Of a stretch of 64,000 bases of DNA, positions 40,008 through 49,573 are shown in pieces. The stretch lies in contig JAGSHN010000027.1 in NCBI GenBank assembly GCA_029855935.1, positions 64,001 through 128,000 of the forward strand, read 5' to 3'. The DNA is from Candidatus Thorarchaeota archaeon. Its GTDB lineage: Archaea; Asgardarchaeota; Thorarchaeia; Thorarchaeales; Thorarchaeaceae. Position 1 is the stretch's first letter, and the number at the start of each line of letters is the position of its first letter. Below the pieces are notes generated by a model. The model did not search any database and had not been told where the DNA came from. It worked only from the letters and a program-made list of their open reading frames with translations. A program made the position numbers and the translations under genes.

Positions 40008-41510
40008 TCAAAGCGTGAATCCGACGGATGTGTTTCCATCGAACTCCTGCGGCGTGTCACCACCACCGTGTGGATAGGCGGACACGGCGTAGTCGAAACA
40101 ATCCTCCATCAGAGTGTTCGGATTGCTACCGAAGTGGTCGATCAGGCCGTACTCCAAGAAGTAGTACGTCCACGCACCGTTGTGGTGCTGTGAATCGTCG
40201 TAGCCGTATCCGTTGTCAGTACAGGTCGTGGTCATGTAGACCTTGTCGGCATTGGATAGCGCCTGGATCTCAGGAATCAGGCCTCCGCTGTAACAATGGT
40301 CCACAAAGATGAAGATCTTGTCTGCGGACCACGTGCCGACTATTGCGGCCAGCTCCGTGTCATAGAGGTTGCCATCCTCTCCGTTCTCGCCACTGTTGCA
40401 GTCCCACATACAGAGGTATGAGGAACCCTGCCCGTCTCCAGACCCGTGCCCTGACGTGATGAAGGCAACCTCATCGTCGGCATCAGCGCCGGCGAGCCAG
40501 TTGAGGGCCTGCTTGACGTTGTGCTCCGTGGCGAGAGCGTAGTAGCTCGGGTAGTTTGAGGAGTGGGTGTCACCTAGGACTCGGACATAGTCGTAGTCCA
40601 TCACGTTGACTATGTAGTTGTACCAGTCCGTCGCGTCCTCATCGCAGTAGCTCAGGTCGCTGATGGCCTTGTAGTCGCTGATTCCGACTATGACCGCCCA
40701 CTTGTGAACGACGCCATCACCGCCACCACCGCCACCACCACCAGAGCTATAGGTGAGCGTGACGGTCAGGTCATATGATCCAGAGCCACTGTAGGAGCGG
40801 ACCATTATGTACCACGTACCAGCTCCGGGATTGTTATAGGTGACATCCTCGCCACCCGAGGTGTAACCCCGCCAGTCGTAGGTGCTGGTGGTGGGCTCAG
40901 CACCGAGTCGTCCGTACAGGTCGAAGTCGGCACTACCGCACGTGAGTACAGAGTGCATGCTCTCACAGTTCTCATCGACCTGGATGGTCCACATCTCACT
41001 GTCTCCAGTACCGGAGAGGGAACTGGTGACCGTCTCACCGCTGGTGAGCTCGTTCGTCCCACCGCCGCCACCGCCAGAGCCAAGTTCGTACTCGATCTGG
41101 TCAATGGCGAAACCCCAACGGGTCACGGAGTAGTCGGTCTTGAGACGGACCTTGATTGTGTCGCCATTGCTCCATGAGGTCCAACCCCCGTTGGAGTACA
41201 GCCCAGTGAGCTTGTGGAGTTGGTTCCCAGCATAGTCGTACACATACACGTAGTCGTAGTTGTTCTCTACGTCTATCTTGGTGAAGTGCACACGTATCTG
41301 GGTCGCGCCATCCTTGGTGATTGTCCACGTGTGGTCAAAGTTGTTGGAATAGGGATGATCCGATTCCAAAGCATATGACTCCACGGTCCGGGTGAGCGTC
41401 ACCGTCCTTGTTGAGTCCGGGGCAACATATGCCGCAGCTGCAGTCGCAATGGACGATGTCGCAAAAATCACCAGGAGGAAGGCAGACAGAAAGACTAGTT
41501 TCCTCTTCAT
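40008..41510 (-). CDS. secreted caspase-family (clan CD, C14/C13-like) protease with CUB-like and PPC domains
   Basis: Signal peptide; CUB-like ESDHPYSNN..W..IRVHF..E..YD..TDYSV..WGF; PPC-like ADFDLY..GTWYIMV; Gly linkers; AVIVGISDY, SGHG and DHCYSGG (His-Cys dyad). Confidence 0.85.
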   Translation of the reverse strand: MKRKLVFLSAFLLVIFATSSIATAAAAYVAPDSTRTVTLTRTVESYALESDHPYSNNFDHTWTITKDGATQIRVHFTKIDVENNYDYVYVYDYAGNQLHKLTGLYSNGGWTSWSNGDTIKVRLKTDYSVTRWGFAIDQIEYELGSGGGGGGTNELTSGETVTSSLSGTGDSEMWTIQVDENCESMHSVLTCGSADFDLYGRLGAEPTTSTYDWRGYTSGGEDVTYNNPGAGTWYIMVRSYSGSGSYDLTVTLTYSSGGGGGGGGDGVVHKWAVIVGISDYKAISDLSYCDEDATDWYNYIVNVMDYDYVRVLGDTHSSNYPSYYALATEHNVKQALNWLAGADADDEVAFITSGHGSGDGQGSSYLCMWDCNSGENGEDGNLYDTELAAIVGTWSADKIFIFVDHCYSGGLIPEIQALSNADKVYMTTTCTDNGYGYDDSQHHNGAWTYYFLEYGLIDHFGSNPNTLMEDCFDYAVSAYPHGGGDTPQEFDGNTSVGFTL

Positions 41511-41792
41511 GGAGATACCACCACGCGTTCTGGCATTTCTGCCAGGACGATGGAGTGAAACAAATGCAATGGGTCATAAATAAGTGGTGTACTTTTGTTC
41601 CAGAATTCTTTCGGTCATATGCGCTCGTCTTAGAACAAACCTGCGGTCATGGTGCACAGGCGGGTACACAAGTGTACGTGGTGTCTGGGCCGCCCAAAAG
41701 GCGAGCGGTCGAGTCGCGAGATCACTCTCTACGGCCGAATATGTCAGGGTGGGAAGGGGCCGTCGTGGCCCTCGTTCAGAAGTCCACACCCA

Positions 41793-42689
41793 TCACGTGA
41801 TCTTGCTCAGCACGACCAGTGCGACAACAACAGCGATCAGTGAGAGTATGCGGCCACCGAAGTCGAGGGCCGTGACCATGCCGCCCCCCGTCACGGTTCC
41901 GTAGGAGAGATACACTGTCAACTGGTATGTGCCTGACCCCGAGTACGCGTAGACCATTATATACCATCGCCCGCTCGGGGGAGTTGGCAGAATAAAGTCA
42001 TCATTCCCCACGTTTGTGGAACTCCAGTCGTTGGTGCCCAGAGTCGGCGCGGAGCCGAGCCGTCCATAGAGGTCGAAGTCCGCTCCCGATGGCCCTCGGA
42101 GTACCACCTCCATTCTCGCGCATCCGCTGTCAACGTCAATGTACCAAACGTCAGACTCCTCCGTCTCAAGATTGCCGGAAACAGTGTTGCCGCTGAATAG
42201 AACGTTGCCCGACACGCTAGTCGTTGTTGTTGAATTGCTGGTTTCATACTCTATCTGGTCGATGCCAAAGCCCCAGTTGGTGACAGAGCCATCAGTCTTA
42301 AGACGAACCCGAATCGATGGCCCGTCGCTCCACAGACTCCACGTGTCAGTGTAGCTGCCCACAAAGTCATTGAGTTGAGTGCCGGCATAGTCGTAGACGT
42401 AGACGTGGTCATAGGTCGACTCGACATCTATGCGGTAGAAGTGGACCCGGATTCTTACTGCACCACTCTTGGTGATGGTCCAGTTCCGATCATAGTTGTT
42501 GTCATACGGATGTGGTGACTCAAGAGAATAGCTCTCTGTCGTGGCCAAGACGGCGGTTCTCACCGACCTCTGCACTGTGTGACTGGTCGGGGGAGCCCAG
42601 ACTGGTACGGTCAGCATGATCAGAACTGCAAAGAAGAATGTCCAGCCAAACATGGCCCTGCTCTGTGCCACAGCCATCGAACCCCGCAT
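41793..42689 (-). CDS. membrane-anchored CUB-like plus PPC protein (no protease domain)
   Basis: Signal peptide, ESPHPYDNN CUB-like domain, GADFDLY PPC domain, C-terminal TM; start re-called to ATG 42689 (or 42677), about 30 nt below a TATA at 42721-42730. Confidence 0.8.
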   Translation of the reverse strand: MRGSMAVAQSRAMFGWTFFFAVLIMLTVPVWAPPTSHTVQRSVRTAVLATTESYSLESPHPYDNNYDRNWTITKSGAVRIRVHFYRIDVESTYDHVYVYDYAGTQLNDFVGSYTDTWSLWSDGPSIRVRLKTDGSVTNWGFGIDQIEYETSNSTTTTSVSGNVLFSGNTVSGNLETEESDVWYIDVDSGCARMEVVLRGPSGADFDLYGRLGSAPTLGTNDWSSTNVGNDDFILPTPPSGRWYIMVYAYSGSGTYQLTVYLSYGTVTGGGMVTALDFGGRILSLIAVVVALVVLSKIT

Positions 42690-42799
42690 CGAGTCTGGTG
42701 AGTGACTTCTCGCTTCCACGTATATAGATATTGCATACGTACGGGTCCGACCATGACAAGACAGACCGAGATTGTGTCCCGTAGGGAACAAAGGCCCAA

Positions 42800-45775
42800 T
42801 CACTTCACGGGACTCTTGTCCACCTTGGGAATCCAGATCAAGAACTCTGCACCCTGTGTGTGGTCACCAGGCACTCTGTCACGCACCGTTATCCTGCCGC
42901 CATACTTCTCGACGATCTGGCGAGAATGATGCAGGCCGAGCCCTCCGAAACGACGCGCCCGGTCGAACAGGCTCCTCTTGGCCGAGTCGGGAACGCCCGT
43001 GCCGTTGTCCGCGACACTGATGACATACCAGTCGCCATCCTCGAACACGCGCACCCAGACCTTCTTGACATCGTGCGGGTTGTGCTCCACTGCATTCATC
43101 AGGATGTTGGCAATCAGTAGCTCCAGGTACGAGTCCGCGAGGACGTCCGCCTTGTCGACCTCCCTCTCGACATAGAACTTCACGCTGGCACCACCCTGGG
43201 ACAGGCCCTTGATGCAGTTGTCGACCGCCTCAAGCAGGTCTCGTTTTTCCAGCGGGACACTGTGAAGCTGTTCCGTTGCACGGACCTCCTGAATCAGTCG
43301 GCTGACACGATTGACGGAGTCTGTCATTATCTGCAAGAAAGAGTCACGCGACGCATCATCAGTGGCATTGCGGAGCAGGTTTGCACTGCTGAGGATCACC
43401 TGCAGGTGATTGCGAATGTCATGCGAGATTATGTCAAGGTAGAGGTCTGCCTGATCACGCGCTGAGCGGACGCGCTTCTCTGCCTCCACGCGGTCGGTGA
43501 TGTCGATGAGGACGACCTGCAATGCACGGGCCCCCTCGTAGTCAACGGAACTAATGAAAGCCTCAACCCACCTGACTTTGCCGTCCGCTCCCACAAGCCT
43601 AAACTCAAGGTTACTCGGACCAGGTTCGCCCTGAAATCGCGACCGCAGTATCTCACTGACCGTTTCGCGGTCCTCGTGATAGATGAACTTTGACATCTCT
43701 TCAAGTGGAATAGAACGAAACTCATCAATCGTCACGCCGAGTAGTTCGAGCAGAGGGCGGTTCGCATACAGCAGACCCTCGGTGGACAGAACAGCCAGCC
43801 CCTGAAGACTGTTCTCTGCAAGCGACCTGTATTTCATCTCAGACCTGCGTATCGCCTGATCGCGAGCTCGCCTCTCTGTGATGTCCTGTGCGGTCCCGAG
43901 GACACCTATGATATTGCCCTCAACGTCATGCAGGGGTACCTTGTTGGTCTCAATCCACACCTCCCGTCCGTCTGCTTGGTGTTGTCTCTCAACAAGGCCA
44001 TACACACCCGCCCCGGACTCGATAACACGACGGTCTGTCGCTATGTATGACTCCGCCTCCTCAGGGAGCCAGGCAAGGTCGTGGTCAGTCTTGCCAACAA
44101 TCTCCGACGGATCTTTCACGCCTGCGACTCTTGCGAAGTTTGTGTTGCATCCCAAGTAGACGGAGTTCCGGTCCTTCCAGTAGACGTACAGTGGTATTGT
44201 CTCGAGAATGAGCTGCAACTTCTCTCGTGATTCAACTAGTTCATCCTGTGCCTCCTTCTTCTCCGTGATGTCTACGACGACCACCTGAAGAGCCTCTCTA
44301 CCTCCAAAGTCAATGTAGTTGGAGAATGCCTCCACCCATCGGACCGACCCATCCGGACGAATGAACCTGTACTGATAAGGAACGGGGAAAGGCTTGCCTG
44401 CCCTTCGCCGCTGGGCGATCTCGAGCAGGTACGGCTGGTCATCGGGATGTACCATAGACCATCCCTCCTCGCGGCTCATCGCGAGAATCTCTTCTCTGGA
44501 ACGTCCGACAATATCGCAGAACGCGGGGTTCACATAGACGTAGTGCTGATTCTGAATGATGGAGATTCCCTGTAGTGAGTGTTCGGCCAGTGCCCGGTAC
44601 TTCATCTCCGACTCCTGCAGAGCCGCCTCCATACGCTTCTTTTCCGTGATGTCATCGAACAGGCCCAGTACCTCGACCACGTTGCCGTCTTCGTCGAGCA
44701 CGGGATGCGCCTTCAGCTGACCGAACCCCCTACGACCAAACCTTGTAACATATTCGTGCTCTGTCACGACGGTCTGCTTAGACTCAACACATTTCCTCAG
44801 CGAGTCTGCTATTCCTGATTGAATCGAGTACTCGGATGTCAGGAAATTTATCTCAGCAACGTCCTCGGGCGTTCGAGCACCCAAGATCTCAAGGCCCTTC
44901 TTGTTGATGCTTATGATGTTGCCATCAGGTGTGACCACAACGATGCCAACGGGCATCTCATCAAAGAAGGTGCGGTAGCGTGCCTCCGTCGTCTGCAGCT
45001 CTCGGTGTATTCGTTTCAGGTCACTGATATCCATCACCACAGCAATTACGCCAACGAATTCTTCCTCCTGATCTGTGATGACTCGTGGCATCATTGCAGA
45101 ATGAACCCGCCTCCCGTCTGCCGTCCTGAACATGATCTCAAGCGTGACCTCTGTGCCCTCCGATGGCGGTTCGGCCATGAGCGTCTTGACCTGACCGAGC
45201 TCAGAGGGGTCTACTATCTCTAGCAAGGACTTGCCAAGCAGTTCGTCGGGGGAGTAGCCGAGCATCTCGAACAGACGGGGGTTTCCATACTTGACGCGCC
45301 AGTCAGCATCCAAGAACAACACGGCCTCATGCATGGTCTCAAGAATCGTCCTGAAACGGCGCTCGCTCCGAATCCTCTTCTCCTGCTCCAGTCGCATGCG
45401 AGTGATGTCTGTAATCACTGCGAACGAGCCGACAAATCTGTCGCCATCGAACATCGGCGTGGCGGAGACCACGGTATTGACCTTGTCACCAGTCCAGTGT
45501 ACCCAGTCGAGCGTGTACTGAGACGAGACACCCTCCTCCCTAAGATGCGAGAAACGGCGCACAACCTGAGCATTCTCCTCGTCGAGAAAGTCGAAGACAG
45601 GGCGCCCGATGATCTCACCCAGCGGATAGCCTATCAGCTCAACGAAACTATGGTTGGCGTAGGTAATCACATTCTCAGGGTCAACAACTATGAGGGCATC
45701 ATTCATCGTGTCTACAATCTCTTTGTAGGGGACAGCTGGTCTTTCATTGGCTATAGAATCGGAGTTTCGGGTCAT
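42800..45775 (-). CDS. soluble multi-PAS sensor histidine kinase
   Basis: About six PAS/PAC repeats ending DIT/DIS; H-box SHDIRNHL; N-box, DNGTG and GLGL; start re-called to ATG 45775. Confidence 0.93.
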   Translation of the reverse strand: MTRNSDSIANERPAVPYKEIVDTMNDALIVVDPENVITYANHSFVELIGYPLGEIIGRPVFDFLDEENAQVVRRFSHLREEGVSSQYTLDWVHWTGDKVNTVVSATPMFDGDRFVGSFAVITDITRMRLEQEKRIRSERRFRTILETMHEAVLFLDADWRVKYGNPRLFEMLGYSPDELLGKSLLEIVDPSELGQVKTLMAEPPSEGTEVTLEIMFRTADGRRVHSAMMPRVITDQEEEFVGVIAVVMDISDLKRIHRELQTTEARYRTFFDEMPVGIVVVTPDGNIISINKKGLEILGARTPEDVAEINFLTSEYSIQSGIADSLRKCVESKQTVVTEHEYVTRFGRRGFGQLKAHPVLDEDGNVVEVLGLFDDITEKKRMEAALQESEMKYRALAEHSLQGISIIQNQHYVYVNPAFCDIVGRSREEILAMSREEGWSMVHPDDQPYLLEIAQRRRAGKPFPVPYQYRFIRPDGSVRWVEAFSNYIDFGGREALQVVVVDITEKKEAQDELVESREKLQLILETIPLYVYWKDRNSVYLGCNTNFARVAGVKDPSEIVGKTDHDLAWLPEEAESYIATDRRVIESGAGVYGLVERQHQADGREVWIETNKVPLHDVEGNIIGVLGTAQDITERRARDQAIRRSEMKYRSLAENSLQGLAVLSTEGLLYANRPLLELLGVTIDEFRSIPLEEMSKFIYHEDRETVSEILRSRFQGEPGPSNLEFRLVGADGKVRWVEAFISSVDYEGARALQVVLIDITDRVEAEKRVRSARDQADLYLDIISHDIRNHLQVILSSANLLRNATDDASRDSFLQIMTDSVNRVSRLIQEVRATEQLHSVPLEKRDLLEAVDNCIKGLSQGGASVKFYVEREVDKADVLADSYLELLIANILMNAVEHNPHDVKKVWVRVFEDGDWYVISVADNGTGVPDSAKRSLFDRARRFGGLGLHHSRQIVEKYGGRITVRDRVPGDHTQGAEFLIWIPKVDKSPVK

Positions 45776-45960
45776 AAGAGAGTGGTCCTCCGAGGGAGGG
45801 AGTAACGCAGACAGCTCTGATATAACTGGTAATAATGCCTTTGGTCGCACTTTGATACGGCCACCAGTCTGTTGTGGACTGTGCCGATGACATTGTACGG
45901 CCAATCGTCAGAGAAATAAGTGTCAGTGCGCAGTGTATAGCCCCGGGAGGTAGCCGCGTT

Positions 45961-46878
45961 TTGGAACGAGAAAGGGGCGAAGATGTCCTTCCTGTGATTA
46001 GGGTGTCGGCCCGGATCTACAGGCCCATCGATGAGGTATGGAACCTGTTTCTCGACCCCGTCAAGATGGTACAGTGGCTTGGTAACGAGATCACGGCGGA
46101 GATAAAGAGCGATGGTGTCATCTCCTTCGATGGGCCGAATGCACCCGTCACTCCAGAGATGACGGGACAGTGGAAGATAACAACACTGAGACCTCACAGT
46201 GGCATTCTCTTCACGTGGAGCATACTGGGCACGGACACTCTTGTACTGATGAGATTCCGACGCATACCTCCCGGTACACTCCTTGAGGTCAGGCACGGTG
46301 CCATACCGCCCGCCGCCAAGATCTTGCACCTACCTGAACACTGGACTCTGATGCTGGCCAATTTCAGGTCCATAGTTGAGCTCGGCGAGCCGGCCTTGCG
46401 TTTTGACTATTCGAAGTATCACCCATTGAGAGTCACACGCTACGACCCGACCGAGGTCAGGCTCAGCGTGGTGATCAATGCGCCACCGTCATTGCCCTTT
46501 GACGTCTGGACCAATCCCGAGAAACTGAGGCACTTTCTCGGGGTAGAACGTCCGGTGGTCGACAGAAGATATGGTGGTATCTATACCTGGTGGGCAGAGG
46601 GCAAGGGTCCGGTTGTCTTTACAAAGCTCGAGCAGGACAAGGAACTAGAGTTCACGTGGGTCTACGGCGATGAGCCCGAGACCAAGGTGAACATCAGGTT
46701 TGAACCCGTGGAAGACAAGACGCTCGTCATGCTCCATCATTTTGGATTCAGGCATCCTGAGGATGTTGTCGGATATGACATTGGCTGGGCAGCAATTCTG
46801 GCCGAGCTCAAGCTCACCTGCGAGCTTGGGGAGTCGGGCATAGAGAGGGAGAGCATCTGGGAAGAAGTCCGTTTCTAG
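45961..46878 (+). CDS. tandem SRPBCC/AHSA1-domain protein
   Basis: Two START-like repeats (EVWNLFLDP..W and VWTNPE..), each ending in H..G..W; GGAGG SD before TTG 45961. Confidence 0.8.
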   Translation: MERERGEDVLPVIRVSARIYRPIDEVWNLFLDPVKMVQWLGNEITAEIKSDGVISFDGPNAPVTPEMTGQWKITTLRPHSGILFTWSILGTDTLVLMRFRRIPPGTLLEVRHGAIPPAAKILHLPEHWTLMLANFRSIVELGEPALRFDYSKYHPLRVTRYDPTEVRLSVVINAPPSLPFDVWTNPEKLRHFLGVERPVVDRRYGGIYTWWAEGKGPVVFTKLEQDKELEFTWVYGDEPETKVNIRFEPVEDKTLVMLHHFGFRHPEDVVGYDIGWAAILAELKLTCELGESGIERESIWEEVRF

Positions 46879-46935
46879 ATTTGGAGCCTAGGAGTGGACG
46901 TGGCGAAACAACCCTGCAGACAGAGGAGAGATACG

Positions 46936-47682
46936 TCACAGACCGGGGAGAAATAGCAGCTGCATATCAGGGAATAGCAGGAGCCACATGGAGAACGATG
47001 TGACAAGCGGGATGAGAAAGTTGTCCAGCCATCTAGTGCTCACAAGTTCCGTCACTGTGACTAGGCCGGCGATTGTCAACAGATGCGGAAAGACACTGAC
47101 AATCTGGATGTCGGCAAACAGATAGAGCGAAACAAGGAGGGACAACAGCGAGAAGACGAAGACCCCGACAGAGCCCTCAACGGACTTCCCACGAATCCGC
47201 CTTGACAGAACTCGCGCGCCAAACAATCGTCCAAACACCTCACCTGCTGCATCAGCCCAGGCCACAGCAAGAATGGCAGACACGAAGATTGCGGGCTGTG
47301 CGAGAAAGAGGAGAAATGACACGGCAAAGGAGATCATACCCATCAGCCCCGATACGAAGGTATTGGCACGCGACTCGTTCTCCCTGCTCCCTGCAGCGAG
47401 GAGGTCCGAGATAAGGCTGTGCTTGTGGCCCCACGCATAGATGAGAATGGCAAGAAAGACGCCCGCCGCAAATGTCGGACCACTGAGGTTTGTGTAGACC
47501 ACAACAGTCAATGCGATGGTCGTGCCCATCACTATGTGAACGAGTTTTCTTGCCTTCCAGTGGGCCACACCGTGTGATGCCATCACATACGCTGCGGCCA
47601 AGACCAGACCAGCAAGGAACCCCGTCATCAGGGCCATTGCTATATCAAGCGGTGTGAGCGTCCCGAAGAATAGCTCGACCAT
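46936..47682 (-). CDS. dolichol/phytol kinase-like CTP-dependent polyprenol kinase
   Basis: RKLVHI, ADAAG..FG, GKSVEGS, DNFLIP. Confidence 0.85.
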   Translation of the reverse strand: MVELFFGTLTPLDIAMALMTGFLAGLVLAAAYVMASHGVAHWKARKLVHIVMGTTIALTVVVYTNLSGPTFAAGVFLAILIYAWGHKHSLISDLLAAGSRENESRANTFVSGLMGMISFAVSFLLFLAQPAIFVSAILAVAWADAAGEVFGRLFGARVLSRRIRGKSVEGSVGVFVFSLLSLLVSLYLFADIQIVSVFPHLLTIAGLVTVTELVSTRWLDNFLIPLVTSFSMWLLLFPDMQLLFLPGL

Positions 47683-47843
47683 TGTGGGCCGAGCATTGGT
47701 CGTGACGCCCCCTTTTGACGTTTGTCGTGTCCAACCAACGGCAACCTTAAGTGTTCCTTCTCGTGCATGCTCACACTACGCGGGACTGACATAGCAGACA
47801 GTCGGGACCGCAACGTGTGGTCCACCGTCAGGAGTACTGTGTG

Positions 47844-48428
47844 ATGAGAGACCAGAACGATGGCAGCAAGATTCTCAAGGCCGTCCTCATTGGCGATGGT
47901 GCTGTCGGAAAGACCAGTATCAGAAGAAACTATCTTGGCGAGGACTTCATCGAGGGCCACCTGGCCACGATTGGAGTGGACCTGGCCACAAAGCGAGTCT
48001 TGTTTCGGGACGAAATCATCAAGTTCGTCATATGGGATCTGGCGGGACAGCCGACATTCGAGAAAGTCAGAGGACATTACTACCACGGTGCGAACGGTAT
48101 ACTCCTTGTCTATTCTGTGGTCGACCGCACATCCTTCGACAATGCTTCAAAGTGGCTTGTCGAGGCATATCGGAATATGGGCCGACTCCCACCGACAATC
48201 ATCATCGGCAACAAGATTGACCTGCGCGACAAGGTGCCTCCGGAACAGCAGGTCACTCCGGAGGAGGGAAAGCAGTTTGCCGAGTACTTCACACGAAAGC
48301 TTGAGGTCCCGGCAGTCTTCATCGAGACCTCGGCCAAGACTGGCGAGAACATCCAAGAGGCCTTTCACGCCATCCTCTCAATGATGTACGATGCTGTTGA
48401 TGACAAGAGCGACCACTATGTCGGATAG
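47844..48428 (+). CDS. Rab-like small GTPase
   Basis: G1 GDGAVGKT, TIGVD, WDLAGQ, YYHGA, NKID, ETSAK. Confidence 0.92.
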   Translation: MRDQNDGSKILKAVLIGDGAVGKTSIRRNYLGEDFIEGHLATIGVDLATKRVLFRDEIIKFVIWDLAGQPTFEKVRGHYYHGANGILLVYSVVDRTSFDNASKWLVEAYRNMGRLPPTIIIGNKIDLRDKVPPEQQVTPEEGKQFAEYFTRKLEVPAVFIETSAKTGENIQEAFHAILSMMYDAVDDKSDHYVG

Positions 48429-48482
48429 TCTCGGGTGTACCTGCCGCCCATCACCCCGAGAGACAGGGAACTCAAGAACACC

Positions 48483-48496
48483 AATCATTTAAGTGG
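48483..48496 (+). promoter_or_regulatory. TATA-like promoter element upstream of the second GTPase
   Basis: AATCATTTAAGTGG, nearly identical to AATCATTCAAGTGG at about 35812. Confidence 0.4.
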
Positions 48497-48561
48497 GCCG
48501 GTGAGTTCATTCCCTCAGCGTCCAGGGCGCAACCGCGAGTTCAAGCGGGGTGACACCCTCG

Positions 48562-49095
48562 ATGTCTAAGGGACCAAGTAAGCGAAAGACCTCTCAAGTC
48601 AACAAGATTGTACTTGTTGGTGCGGGAGGCGTCGGCAAGACCAGTATTGCCAAACGACTCGTGACCGGGGAATACCTGGAGACAGGGATGACCGTGGGAC
48701 TGAACGTCGAGTCGTGGATGGTGAAGGACACCGATGAAGACGTTAGCTTCAAAGTCGTTGCCTTCGACCTGGGTGGTCAGAAACAGTTCAGGTTCTTTCA
48801 ACCGGAACTGGTCAGCGGAGCGGACATAGCATTGATCGTCTTCGACCTCAGCCGGTATGAGTCATTTGCAGAGCTGGACGAATGGTTGGATATGGTCAAA
48901 GAAATGCCAGCAGAGTCGAAGCTACTGATAGCCAACAAATGCGACCTCCGACCGGTCGTTCAAGAAGATGAGGCCAATGCATTGGCCAAACAGCTGGGAG
49001 TCCGCTTGATCTACTTGAGTGCGAAGACCGGCCAAGGCTTCGACAAGCTGGAGAGCATGATCTGGAAACAACTCAAGGACAAGACTAAAACGTGA
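48562..49095 (+). CDS. small Ras-superfamily GTPase
   Basis: GAGGVGKT, FDLGGQ..FR, NKCD, SAK; GGGGTGA SD before ATG 48562. Confidence 0.9.
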   Translation: MSKGPSKRKTSQVNKIVLVGAGGVGKTSIAKRLVTGEYLETGMTVGLNVESWMVKDTDEDVSFKVVAFDLGGQKQFRFFQPELVSGADIALIVFDLSRYESFAELDEWLDMVKEMPAESKLLIANKCDLRPVVQEDEANALAKQLGVRLIYLSAKTGQGFDKLESMIWKQLKDKTKT

Positions 49096-49101
49096 GAGGC
49101 G

Positions 49102-49572
49102 GTGTTGCTGGAAACAAGGTCGTGGGCAGCAGTGGTGGAGATAAAGGTCGAATGTCCTGTTTGTTCACAGGTCATTGTTACAGACATCAGAGAGGCGCAG
49201 GTCAAGTACTCTTTGAGGAATCCGGTGCCCATCGTTCTCACTCACGGTGACCCCGAGCATGCCATAACCGCATTTGTGGATAAGGAGTTCCGAGTGCGTG
49301 CTGTGAGCGGTGTCAACATCGTGCAGCGTATTCAGGAGGCGGAGTCCAGAAGGCGTCCACTGGAAAAGAGATTCGTCCCGTTTCCGAAGGAGAATGTTGA
49401 CCTTAAGGGGATAGATTCTTTCCAGTTGAAGATTATGGCTCTGGTCGATGGCAGGAGAAGTGTCAAAGAACTTGCAGAGATTCTGAACGCGCCCGAGATG
49501 CGAGTTAAGATAGTCTGCGAGCAGCTCGTCAGAATGGGCAAGCTCGACTCGGTAAAAGTGGTGGTGGAGTGA
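49102..49572 (+). CDS. putative zinc-binding (CxxC..H..H) plus winged-helix protein
   Basis: CPVC...HGDPEH..FVDKEFRVR; C-terminal VDGRRSVKELAEIL..LVRMGKL. Confidence 0.7.
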   Translation: MLLETRSWAAVVEIKVECPVCSQVIVTDIREAQVKYSLRNPVPIVLTHGDPEHAITAFVDKEFRVRAVSGVNIVQRIQEAESRRRPLEKRFVPFPKENVDLKGIDSFQLKIMALVDGRRSVKELAEILNAPEMRVKIVCEQLVRMGKLDSVKVVVE

Positions 49573-49573
49573 C

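Noticed and set aside
48533-48548. tRNA T-arm-like CCGC-GAGTTCAA-GCGG
   Set aside because: No acceptor, D or anticodon arms could be built around it.
48426-48562. Read-through fusion of the two GTPases
   Set aside because: The frame after the first stop differs from that of the second GTPase, which has its own SD and promoter-like element.
47844-49095. Prenylated Rab C-termini
   Set aside because: Neither GTPase ends in a Cys motif (..DHYVG and ..KDKTKT).
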